Assembly (NCBI RefSeq): GCF_006345805.1
Contig: NC_043000.1
Location: 13,578,001 to 13,642,000 of the forward strand
Length of the DNA stretch: 64,000 nucleotides
From: Octopus sinensis
Lineage: Eukaryota
Reading direction: 5' to 3'
A model generated the notes under the pieces. The model did not search any database and was not told where the DNA came from. It was given only the letters and a program-made list of their open reading frames with translations. Positions 52,081 to 64,000 of this stretch are shown piece after piece; the stretch's first letter is position 1; every line of letters starts with the position of its first letter. Made by a program: the position numbers and the translations under genes.

Positions 52081-52445
52081 AGTAGAAGATAAAGATATAC
52101 TATGAGCCTAGTGTGTAGTGATGACCCTGTTCACTTTCAGTCTTGGAGACCCTGCAAGAGAGCTATTGAGCACTGCCAGTCTTTTTTCTGACTAACCCAT
52201 AAAGAAATTGATTAATTAAAAAACAAACAAAACAGGCAACAAGCAGAATCTGATGACGGCTTGCTAAGCAACAAACTGAATACACACACTACCCCCACCA
52301 AGTGATGAAAGCATAGATACTGCATTTAGAAAACTACATATATAATGCATTTGATGACAATGACAGAACAACAGGTGTATTTCTGGTATTCACCTGCAGG
52401 TTTTTACCTGAGAGAATTAGAAATGCATTATTAAGTATGACTTAC

Positions 52446-52513
52446 TTGACAAGGAAGTAGTGGATGCATCAGGTAAAACAGTACATTCGAGTCTGATGCA
52501 CATATTGAATATA
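52446..52513 (-). other. Candidate 68-bp exon with strong splice sites
   Basis: TGTTTTCTTTTCATTAAACAG|TATATT...GTCAA|GTAAGT; two frames open (IFNMCIRLECTVLPDASTTSLS or YSICASDSNVLFYLMHPLLPCQ). Confidence 0.35.
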
Positions 52514-52785
52514 CTGTTTAATGAAAAGAAAACAATGCACATTAAAATATTAGATAACATAGAAATGTATTTGTGTATGTGTGTGCACGTTTGTATGTTT
52601 ATGTGTAGATGTACATGTGTATGTGTACATTGTGTGTGTGTGTGTGTGTGTCTGTGTGTGTGTGTGTGTGTCTGTGAGTGTGTATGTGTGTGTGTGTATG
52701 TGTGTGTATGTGTATGTGTGTGTATGTGTGTGTGTTTGTGTGTGTCTGTGTGTGTGTGTGTGAATGTGTGTATGTGTGTGTATGT

Positions 52786-52828
<43 letters not shown>

Positions 52829-53229
52829 CTATTGTTGTTATTCAATTTCCAGATGAGCTCTGATCCAGTATGCATACCTATTACAAGAGCTATTCTAGTC
52901 TTGACAACATAAAGAGAGGAAGGAAATATTGGAAATTTAATCCCAGATGCACTGTGTCTGAATAAAAGACAGGAAGGTCACAGCTGAAATGACTTTCATG
53001 CTCAGTACACTGGGCTCAAAGCTGGTCTGACAGTCCAACCCATGCCAGCATGGAAAACAGATATTTCATGATGATGATGGTGATGATGATGATGATGATG
53101 ATGATGTGTGTGTGCATATGCCTCTGTATGCATGTGTATGTGTGTCTGTGTGTGTGGTGTGTGTGTGTGCATGTAATCATGCACATTACATACAATATAC
53201 AACCCATGCTAGTATAGAAAAAAATTTAA

Positions 53230-53870
53230 TGAATGAATACACATACACACATACAAACACACATCATGCATACCCACATCATACACACACTCATACATAC
53301 ATACATACACACACACACACATATACATACATACATACATACACATACACACACACACACAACATACATACATACATACATACATACACACATACATACA
53401 TACACACAACATACATACATACATACACACAAGCATACATACCACACAACACATACATACATACATAATACATACATACATACATGCATGCATGCATACA
53501 TACATACATACATACATACATACATTACCACACACATCATACATACATACTACATACACACATACATACATAACACATACATACATACATACATAATACA
53601 TACACACATACATACATACACACATACATACATACATACATAACACAAGCATACATACACACATACATACATACATACATACATACATACATACATACAT
53701 ACATACATGCATACATACATACATACATACACACATACATACATACATACATACATACACACATACATACATACACACATACATACATACATACATACAT
53801 ACACACACACATACATACATACACACATACATACACACATACATACATACATACATACATACATGCATAC
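53230..53870. repeat. Long (CATA)n/(CA)n microsatellite
   Basis: Direct inspection; source of the MYVC/HTYI ORFs. Confidence 0.95.
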
Positions 53871-54262
53871 ACCAATGCACACCTAAGTGGATGGAAGAAG
53901 GTAATGATTGAAATATCAGAACCATATATGTATTTGTTTCTGGAGGATACATAAGAGTTGATGCTTAGTTTTATAAAATAAATCAAAGAAGAGAAGCAGA
54001 TTCTCCTGGATAGTATATATCACAGATAGTATTCCTCATATGATCCTGTATGTATTTTTGAGACTCGTCATCATCATCATGAGTGTGACAAAATATATTG
54101 AGGCAGATGATTTTCTACAGCCAGGTACCTTTCCTGTTGCCAGCCCATACATGTTTCCAAACAACATATAGGTTGTCCTAGAGGTCTACATAGCTTTGTT
54201 TTATATCTTTACGTTCTTAAGGTACATTCTCGGATAAAAGTTACACACAGCATTCTGTATTA

Positions 54263-54647
54263 TGGAAGCACTCCGTCGGTTGCGAAGATGAGGGTTCCGG
54301 TTGATCCGAATCAACGGAACAGCCTGCTCGTGAAATTAACGTGTAAGTGGCTGAGCACTCCACAGACACGTGTACCCTTAACGTAGTTCTCGGGGATATT
54401 CAGCGTGACTCAGAGAGTGACAAGGCCGGCCCCTTGAAATACAGGTACAACAGAAACAGGAAGTAAGAGTGAGAGAATGTTGTTGTGAAAGAGTACAGCA
54501 GGGATCACCACCATCCCCTGCCGGAGCCTCGTGGAGCTTTAGGTGTTTTCGCTCAATAAACACTCACAACGCCCGGTCTGGGAATCGAAACCGCGATCCT
54601 ATGACCGCGAGTCCGCTGCCCTAATCACTGGGCCATTGCGCCTCCAC
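54263..54647 (-). mobile_element. SINE family C, tail variant 1, with TSD
   Basis: Near-identical to 34081-34467; TSD ATTCTGTATTA at 54252-54262 and 54648-54658. Confidence 0.92.
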
Positions 54648-55773
54648 ATTCTGTATTATACTATTATATTGGTGTTAATCAAAAATTTCAGAGTCTCAAG
54701 CTGTCGTCTTATAAAAAAATAGAAGGCTGCCTTGATGCCACCATGACAGGATATTCATCCAACATTTGGGATAACCACAGTGGTGATCGATAACCAAACC
54801 TAAGGGAAGCGTTTGTTAGCTGACATCACCCATAGAGGGATTAATTTCTAAGAAATTAAACCCATTGGATTTCAACTGGACTATTTATTATTGCTGCCGG
54901 GAGCTTGTGCGCCAATCGTCATAAAGTTGATCAGTCATAAGTCGGACAGGTTGTAAGCTGATGACGACCTGCAATAGTTCTTGTGGCCAAACATGTTTTT
55001 GAGGAATATTGGAAATGAATGCCATTCGTTTAAAACAATCACATGATGTCAAGACAAGGAAGAACAAACTTACATGCACTCACACATGCATACATACATA
55101 TTTAGATATACATATATATATATATATATATATAGAAATATATATACAATGGCCTTCTTTCAGTTCCTGAAGCTTTGGTTGGCTCGAAGCTATAGTAGAA
55201 GACTATAGGTGTCACATGAGGAATTTGAACCTAAAATCATGAGGTTAGGAAGCAAACTTCTTAACCACACAGCCACGCCTGTACTTAAGTAGAATAATAC
55301 ATTCTGCCCCCAAAACACTAATGTGATAGGTATCTTCCTTTACATAGAATACCAATGTATCATATAGTAACTGAACTACTATAGGTTAAAGAGACAGGAC
55401 AAAAACAGCAGATTTGAACTCCTGACCTATAAGCATGCAGTCCAATACCTTATCTAGTTGAGGTTTTTGTTTAAGTTACTTGTCTGTTCAATTCATTTTC
55501 TTTCCATTGTATTTGAATTCAGAAAGCCACAGGTGGCCTACATGCTAAATCCCCAAATAACAAACAATGAAACATATGCTGCCACAGAGGTTGCACTGTA
55601 TCATCTTTATGGCCAAGACACATAGCTATGAATAGCCCAGTCTATCTAGTTGTTAGTAGATCCCCAGTATAAATTAGTTTACCACTGAAAGCAGCTGAGC
55701 TATTTTACAGTCGCATCCCTATGCAACAATATAAAACTGAAGACATAGTTCTGAGGCAACAATATAAAACTGA

Positions 55774-56189
55774 GGCGCAGGAGTGGCTGTGTGGTAAGTA
55801 GCTTGCTAACCAACCACATGGTTCCGGGTTCAGTCCCACTGCGTGGCATCTTGGGCAAGTGTCTTCTGCTATAGCCCCGGGCCGACCAATGCCTTGTGAG
55901 TGGATTTGGTAGACGGAAACTGAAAGAAGCCTGTCGTATATATGTATATATAAGTGTGTGTGTATATGTTTGTGTGTCTGTGTTTGTCCCCCTAGCATTG
56001 CTTGACAACCGATGCTGGTGTGTTTACGTCCCCGTTACTTAGCGGTTCGGCAAAAGAGACCGATAGAATAAGTACTGGGCTTACAAAAGAATAAGTCCTG
56101 GGGTCGAGTTGCTCGATTAAAGGCGGTGCTCCAGCATGGCCGCAGTCAAATGACGGAAACAAGTAAAAGAGTAAAAGAGAAAAGAGAGA
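55774..56189 (+). mobile_element. tRNA-derived SINE, family A, young full-length copy
   Basis: GGCGCAGGAGTGGCTGTGTGGTAAG head, GGTTCAGTCCC B-box-like motif, (AAAAGAG)n tail. Confidence 0.93.
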
Positions 56190-56326
56190 GTTCACTCCCT
56201 CTTGTAAGGTCAAAAGAGATATTGAGTCTCAGAGGTCTTATCAATATACACTTCTACATTACTGTTCCTTTAGTTATCACTACAAATAGTTACCAAATTA
56301 TCTAGAAATGTTACTATTATTTACTT

Positions 56327-56560
56327 AAGGTGGTGAGCTGGCAGAATCGTTAGCACGCCGGGTGAAATTCTTAGAGGTATTTCGTCTGCTGTTACGTTCT
56401 GAGTTCAAATTCCACCTAGGTCGACTTTGCCTTTCATTCTTTCGGGGTCGATAAATTAAGTACCAGTTACGCACTGGGGTTGATGTAATTGTCTTAATCC
56501 GTTTGTCTGTCCTTGTTTATCCCCTCTGTGTTTAGCCCCTTGTGGGTAGTAAAGAAATAG
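56327..56560 (+). mobile_element. SINE family D, followed by a partial second copy
   Basis: Same head and core as 15538-15761. Confidence 0.85.
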
Positions 56561-56841
56561 ATATTTCATCTGTCGCTACATTCTGATTTCAAATTCTGCC
56601 AAGGCTGGCTTTGCCTTTCATCCTTTCGAGGTCGATAAATTGAGTACCAGCTGAGTACTGGGGTTGATATAATCAACTTACCCCTCTCCCAAATTTCAGG
56701 CCTTGTGCCTATGGTAGAAAGGATTATTTACTTAAGCACTTTGCTCTCTATACAGCATTGGCCATCAATGAATCCTCTACACTCTGGGCTGTCTTTTCTG
56801 TTTCTCTCCATTTGGACCCCTGCTTCAATATCCCACCTACA

Positions 56842-57162
56842 GCTATTTTGGGAGCATCCTCTCTTTCACCTCCCTTGTGAGTTAATTTTGTTTGGTGTTT
56901 CTCCTGGATGTCAGGAAGGGAGTCGACCTTACAGTTTCCCTTCAGATTTTGCAGCACTGCATATGTTTCCTTCAGGGGAGGCCTCCATCCCCCATAACTT
57001 GTTGCTATTTTGGGAGCATCCTCTCTTTCACCTCCCTTGTGAGTTAATTTTGTTTGGTGTTTCTCCTGGTTGTCAGGAAGGGAGTCGACCTTACAGTTTC
57101 CCTTCAGATTTTGCAGCACTGCATATGTTTCCTTCAGGGGAGGCCTCCATCCCCCATAACTT
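56842..57162. repeat. Near-perfect 162-bp tandem duplication
   Basis: GCTATTTTGGGAGCATCC starts at 56842 and 57004; one substitution seen (GGATGTC vs GGTTGTC). Confidence 0.93.
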
Positions 57163-57802
57163 ATTGCTTTTCGAACTGTCATTCATGCTTTTGTAACTTA
57201 ACAATTTTTTTCCAGGTAGGAGTGCTGGCCCTACACAAGCCAATCTTTATCTCTGGGAAAAGGTGATCCATATTAGTTGACCTCCTTTGACCTGCCCAGA
57301 TTGGAAGGGCCTACCAAGAGCTTGTGCACTGCTAGTACAACTCTCAAAGTCATTGAAGCTCACAATGCATCACACTAAAAAGGACTGGGCCCCGTGGTGG
57401 ATCTAGAAATGATTTTATTCCTGATTCACTACTTCATACTTTGAAACTGGAAGTTAAGGACTACCAGTCAAAAACTCATGATTTAGGAAATTTGACTATT
57501 TTATAAATCTCTGATTAATGCAATTTAAATTAATTGTCATTAAATTTGCCATAGCAAACCCAGGATTGCTATGCCAACAACAAATACTGTTTCAGATCCA
57601 TCCACATGAAGAAAACAGAAAAGGTTTTGTCATTACTTTATATGAACACAACAAAAGAAAGCAGTCTCTTTAGTTTCTTGATTGAGAGGGATATAAACCA
57701 ATGCAGATGTTCCATTAAATATCTGAGGAAGTGATATAGCAAATCTGCTTCAAGACACAGGAAATGGGAATCAGGTGTCCAGGTTTGTCTGGGGAATGTT
57801 AC

Positions 57803-57968
57803 CTGTACTAGAATATGTTCAGCAGTGAAGATATATACATTTCAGTCAACTCAAAATGTGTGGGATATTGAAAAGAATGAGAGATATCGAAAGTGACCAA
57901 TGAAGGAGAAACAAGTGTGAGCCCGTGGGCTACGAGTGAAATCAGGGTAGCAGAGACGATTTTCAGCT
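57803..57968 (-). other. Candidate non-coding or UTR exon
   Basis: CCTTGCTCTTACATCTTCTAACCCAG| acceptor with a CTAAC branch motif, CAG|GTAACA donor; all three frames contain stops. Confidence 0.2.
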
Positions 57969-58167
57969 CTGGGTTAGAAGATGTAAGAGCAAGGACACAG
58001 ATTGTGTGTGTGTGTGTGTGTGTGTGTGCACGTGTGTGTGCGCATGTGTGTGTGTGTGCGCATGTGTGTTTGTGTGTGTGTGTGTGTGTGTGCACGTGTG
58101 TGGGTGTGTGTGTGTGTGTGCGTGTGTGTTTGTGTGTGTGTGTGTTGTTTGTGTGTGTGTGCGCGCG

Positions 58168-58198
<31 letters not shown>

Positions 58199-58205
58199 AT
58201 GTTTG

Positions 58206-58242
<37 letters not shown>

Positions 58243-58334
58243 GAGTGGTATATGTATACTAATATGCATGCAATATGCCTCATCATCATCGAAAGTTTCT
58301 TTGTTGTGTTTTTCTCTATAAGTATTTTTATGGT

Positions 58335-58570
58335 CATTGCTCTGATAAACTTTCTGGTCTAGTGCCCTCAGTTGACACTTTCAGATGTGTCACCCACTTC
58401 TCTTCCCAGGTGCATCGTTTTTCTGTCAAGATTTCTGTTAGTCATAAGTCTTTTTAATCTAATATCTTCTTTCCTCAAGTTGTAACTCTCTGGAATGCAC
58501 TTCCATCATCTTGTTTTCCTCTGGTCTATGATATTTGGTGTTTTAAGCTTTCTGTCAATTGAGATCTTTT
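58335..58570 (+). mobile_element. CR1/Jockey-like LINE 3' coding relic
   Basis: CSDKLSGLVPS..SNIFFPQVVTLWNALPSSCFP..FKLSVN matches the ..NSFFPR...LWNSLP..F..FK..VN pattern. Confidence 0.6.
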
Positions 58571-58659
58571 GAATTTGTGGGCCTCTTTTTTACCTTTTAT
58601 GTAGTCCCTTTGGCTACACAAATCCCAAGTCTGGTTCAAAATCATATAAGACAAAATAT

Positions 58660-58975
58660 GCATGGCCCAGTGGTTAGAGCATTGGGCTCACAATCATGAG
58701 GCAGTGAGTTCAACTCCCAGATCAGGCTGTGTGTGGTGTTCTTGAGCAAGACACTTTATTTCACATTGCTCCAGTTCACTCAGCTGTAGAAATGAGTTGC
58801 AACATCACTGGTGCCAAGTTGTATCTGTTGGATAACATCAGTGGTTTGGAGAGGGGTGGCTGATATGCATGAGTGACTGCTGGTCTTCCATAAAAAAAAC
58901 CTTGCCTGGACTTGTGCCTCAGAGGAGAACTTTTTTAGAGGCAATTCCATGGTCATTCATGGCTGAAAGGGTTTC
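58660..58975 (+). mobile_element. tRNA-derived SINE, family B
   Basis: A box TGGCCCAGTGG, B-box-like GAGTTCAACTCC, GTTCTTGAGCAAGACACTTT core. Confidence 0.8.
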
Positions 58976-59706
58976 AAACTTTTTTGCATCTGAATGGTCA
59001 AGGAAATCACTTGACAAATCACAAAATCGTAAGTTTGAGCCAACTGTACTTCTTTTACAATAGCCTCAGGCTGATCCGAGTTTTCTGAATAGAATTAGAT
59101 AAGGTTTGACAGCAACTGGGCAAAAGTTCATAAAATGGCTTGTATCTTTGCAATTCAAGAGGTCGGCCTTGTCATGCGCACATTGCGTCATACTGACTCT
59201 GCTTAAGACTTATATTAAATGCACATGTGTCTGTGGAGTACTCAGCCATTTACACACTACTCCAATGAGTAGGTAGTTCTGTTGATTGAACAAATGGAAA
59301 ATTCATTATCAAGATCAACAGAGATTCATTGACATTAGTGTGTGTGTGTGTGTGTGCATGTGTGTGTGATTGCATGTATCTGCAACATTTTTTCAAATAC
59401 AGGTGCAATATTCCGTTGTGAATCTTTTAGTTGTTTCATCCATTGGAGTCTGGCCATGCTAGAGCATTGCCTTGATGGGATTTTAGTTGAACAAATCAAC
59501 CCCAGTGTTTTAAAGTCTGGTTTTTATTCTAGTGGAGTCTTTTACAGAGACATAAACAAACCAACACCAGTTGTCAACTGATGGTGGGGAACACATACAT
59601 GCATACATGCACAAACACACATGCACATACATACACACAGACACACACACACACACATGCATACATGCAAAAACACACATGCACATGCACACACACTCAC
59701 ACACAC

Positions 59707-59761
<55 letters not shown>

Positions 59762-61097
59762 ACACACACACACAAACAAACAAACAAACAAACAAGCGTA
59801 CAACTGACTTTCACACAGCTTCAGTCTACGAAATTCACTCACAAAGCATTGGTCAGCTTGGGACTATAACAGAAGACAAATTGCCCAAAGCGTCGAGCAG
59901 TGGGACTGAACCTGAAACCACATGATTGCAAAGCGGGCACCTTAACCCACACAGCCATGCCAGTGGATCTTTTCATTTAAGCTTCGTAGAGAGTCAGAAA
60001 GAGTTTGGGATTTGAAAAATTTCTCCTGGACCCGAAAAGGAAGGTTAGTCATTAGGGTGCAGTTTTCACTATGTTATATGAGATCAGCAGGAGAGATAGA
60101 TATCATCAGTGATTGTAAGGCGATTGTAGCAAGTTTTAGGGTTTTAATTGCATGTTCTCCATGACTAGAGACGGTGAGGTAAAAGATTTCTAAATGACTG
60201 ACATGAGGGAATAAATTTCTGCTTGCTCCTTTCATCCTTGTGTGGTACAATGTAGTAGAAGGACTCTAAGACAGAGGAACTGGACCCCCAACTGAGAGCA
60301 TCAACAGGACCTGATCAAAGCCCAGCATCTATGCTTTTGAAAACAATTTATGACAGCTGTTTATATATATACTAGGAATTGCAAGGAAGATGAACATGTG
60401 TGTATGTGCAATATAGACATATATGTATATGTGTATATATATATTTCCTATATGTGTGTGTGCATGTGTGTATGTGTATGCTTGTGTGTACCATGTGTGC
60501 ATATATATAAATATATTTGCATATACATAAACACACAGCACTTATAAGTACATAAACACACACACACACACACACACACATTATACCTGTGTGTATGTAT
60601 GTGTATGCCTGCATGTATAGATCATAAATAAACATAATTATAAATGTGTCTGTTTTAACACATACATTAAACATAAACATAAACACACTCACATACACTC
60701 ACATACACATACACATGTACACACACATACGTATACATATGTGTGTAGTTGCACATATAGAATCAGCATACACGCAAATTACATGTGTATATGCACATAT
60801 CCTCATAAGTACATTAACACATACAGAACACACTCATAATAAATTGTAAAGCTTTATTTTACTGACATACACACATACATGCAAATTAATACACACACAC
60901 ACACACACACACACACAGAAGAGCTGAGTGTTGGAAAAGACATTTTCACGAGTGCAAGGAGGTGGTGGTGGTGGTGGTGATGGTGTTGGTGCTGGTGGGG
61001 TAATCTAGCTTTTAGTGCAACAATCCTTTCTATTTCATTTAAATGTAAGAATTCCACACTGGGATAGGAAAGAGGAAGGGAGAACAGAGAGAAAGGT

Positions 61098-61134
<37 letters not shown>

Positions 61135-61368
61135 AGATAAAAGAGGAACAGAGAGAGAGAGAGAAAGAGAAAGATACAGAAAGGGGGGATAGATAGATAG
61201 AATGGATTGAGAGGGTGGGTGTGTGTTTATTTTTATCTTGCTGACAGGATAGTTAAGAAAGTATTTAGATAGTATAAGAATACTAATAACAATAATAATA
61301 ATAACAAAAATAAAAGTTTTCCTTTCTCAAAGTTTCAATCACTTTCTCTCTCTTTCTTTCTACCTCAC

Positions 61369-61449
<81 letters not shown>

Positions 61450-61460
61450 ATAGCTATCTG

Positions 61461-61495
<35 letters not shown>

Positions 61496-61627
61496 GTCTA
61501 TCTATCTATCTAGGCGGCCATGAACGATGATGATGATGACGATGATACACACACATACACACACATTCATATTTGTATAGAGATAGATAGATACATACAT
61601 TACAAACATAATGCATACATATATAAC

Positions 61628-61669
<42 letters not shown>

Positions 61670-61744
61670 ATATATATATATTACACAATGCATACATATA
61701 TATACATATATATATATATACACACAATGCATACATATATATAC

Positions 61745-61793
<49 letters not shown>

Positions 61794-62413
61794 TACACAT
61801 ATGCACACACAGAGATGAGATATGTGTTTTCATATGTGTAAGTAAATGTGTTTATACTTACATACATATATATATACATACAAATACATACTTACAACCA
61901 CACACACACACACACACCACACACACACACACAACACCTCTACCCTTGATAAACTGCACATGAACTCAGCTTCACTTGGCTACTGTTTGCTTCGCTCTTC
62001 TCTCTCTGTGAGCCCACCCAACCTTCAAATCCAATTTGAACAACACAGCCTTCCACCCTTAAATTGGAGTGGAGGAAACTACCAAATGTCCCATTGACAG
62101 AGGGATGGGGGCTTCAAAGTTGGGGTGGGTTCGAGATGATGTGTGAGGGAACTGGTTGCGTCTGGGGTGTTGGTGGGTGGGCAAAGTGTATACATACAGG
62201 GACCAAGAACACACATATACACACATACAGTGCTACATTGAAAAGTATATACAAATATGCACTACATGTATGTTTATATAGCACTTAGAAGTTCAAACAT
62301 TCATGCATATACGCATGCTTTATTACAAACTGGAGTACACACACATACATATACATTACATACTTATATACATACATACATGCATACATACATACATACA
62401 TACATACATATAC

Positions 62414-62478
<65 letters not shown>

Positions 62479-62664
62479 CACATATATAAACACGGAAATT
62501 ATTTAAATTCGTATGTATATAAATACAGCTTTTTACATAAAATTCCTACTTATAATAATATTGTTGCATATATAATGAGCTATACAATGAGTATGTGTGA
62601 GAGAGATGAAGAGAGGGTAGCAGAGAGGGAGGCAGGAAGGCATATATGTATATGTATATGCATA

Positions 62665-62791
<127 letters not shown>

Positions 62792-62862
62792 AATATATAT
62801 ATATACCCACCCACACATCCGCACCCACACACATGCATATTTCTATATGTATATATATATTA

Positions 62863-62905
<43 letters not shown>

Positions 62906-63074
62906 AAGCCAGAGGCATATATTTAATGTGTGCTACTATTACACTTTTAGACTATTCTGTCTTTATCACTTTTTCTGCACTATTTATAACATGGCATCGT
63001 TTCACGTACTGTACATAATTTATTTTATAGAACTATGTAACACCACAAAAGAACAACTGTTTATATATATATAA

Positions 63075-63145
<71 letters not shown>

Positions 63146-63294
63146 TATAAATATACGTGTATGTGTGTATGTATATATATATATATATATTATATATATA
63201 TATATACACACACCACACATACACACACCACACCATGCAAATATACACACTGTATATGACAACACATATATATACATATATATATGTATATATG

Positions 63295-63349
<55 letters not shown>

Positions 63350-64000
63350 GGTTATCAGTCTATCTATCTATGTATATAGCTATCTATATGAGTATATATA
63401 TTTTAAGCTTTCTCTTAGGTATAGTGATACTAACAACCTGGTGTAGAACTCAATATCATATGCTTCTGAACAAAGCATTCATTAATCACGTACAGAACGG
63501 TAACAAGGAAAGCGATGACAAAGGAATAAAGTATTATCTTATGAACTTCATTAGCTTACAGTTGTTTCTGCTATAAGATGCGATGGACTCATAGATATGT
63601 GCCTGAGGTAACATATTACAGTTTCATCAGAACTTCAAACAAGAAGTACAATTTATTCAGGAAAACAAATACGAGTGTGTGTGTGTGCATGCATGTGCAT
63701 GGGCTTGTTGTAAGAAGCTTGATTCCAACCACATGGTCCCAGGTTCAGTCACAATGTATTTGTTTTCCCAAATAAATTGCATTTCATGTTTGAGGCTCTG
63801 CCAAATCCACTCATAAGGCTTTGGTCGGCCCTAGGCTATAGTAGAAGACACTTGCCCAATGTGCCACATAGTGGGGCTGAACCCAAAATCATGCGGTTGG
63901 GAAGCAAGCTTCTTACCATAAAATCACTCTTGCACATATATATAATTTTTTAACATCTATTTTTTTTACTTGTTTCAGTCAGTAGGCTACGGCCATGTTG

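Noticed and set aside
52248-52285. CTGATGA followed by a GCTT/AAGC stem
   Set aside because: No GAAA box follows; most likely chance.
56705-57196. 163-aa and 144-aa ORFs as genes
   Set aside because: Their length comes from the in-frame 162-bp duplication; no domain recognised.

Overview
AT-rich eukaryotic intronic or intergenic DNA saturated with microsatellites and transposon debris. The SINE/LINE families and the microsatellite load look like an Octopus (coleoid cephalopod) genome; this is inference from family recognition and was not searched. I found no intact, identifiable host protein-coding gene, rRNA, tRNA gene or CRISPR array. Nearly all ORFs in the supplied track are artefacts of (TA)n/(CA)n/(CATA)n/(CTA)n repeats. 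Well-supported content: (1) a full-length DD34D mariner (41947-43237) with 38-bp TIRs, a TA TSD and three lesions; (2) RTE-clade LINE 3' ends and many copies of their (GAT)n-tailed 3' UTR; (3) CR1-type LINE relics; (4) an old hAT transposase split over about 6 kb by later insertions; (5) TTAA-, TA- and 8-bp-TSD MITEs; (6) several tRNA-derived SINE families with swapped 3' tails, several with clear TSDs. Less expected: minimal type I hammerhead-ribozyme motifs (one with an intact core at 32826-32861, two decayed copies in inverted orientation at 15057-15372), perfect fold-back hairpins ending short islets inside (TA)n arrays, and several low-confidence minus-strand exon candidates of an unidentified transcript.
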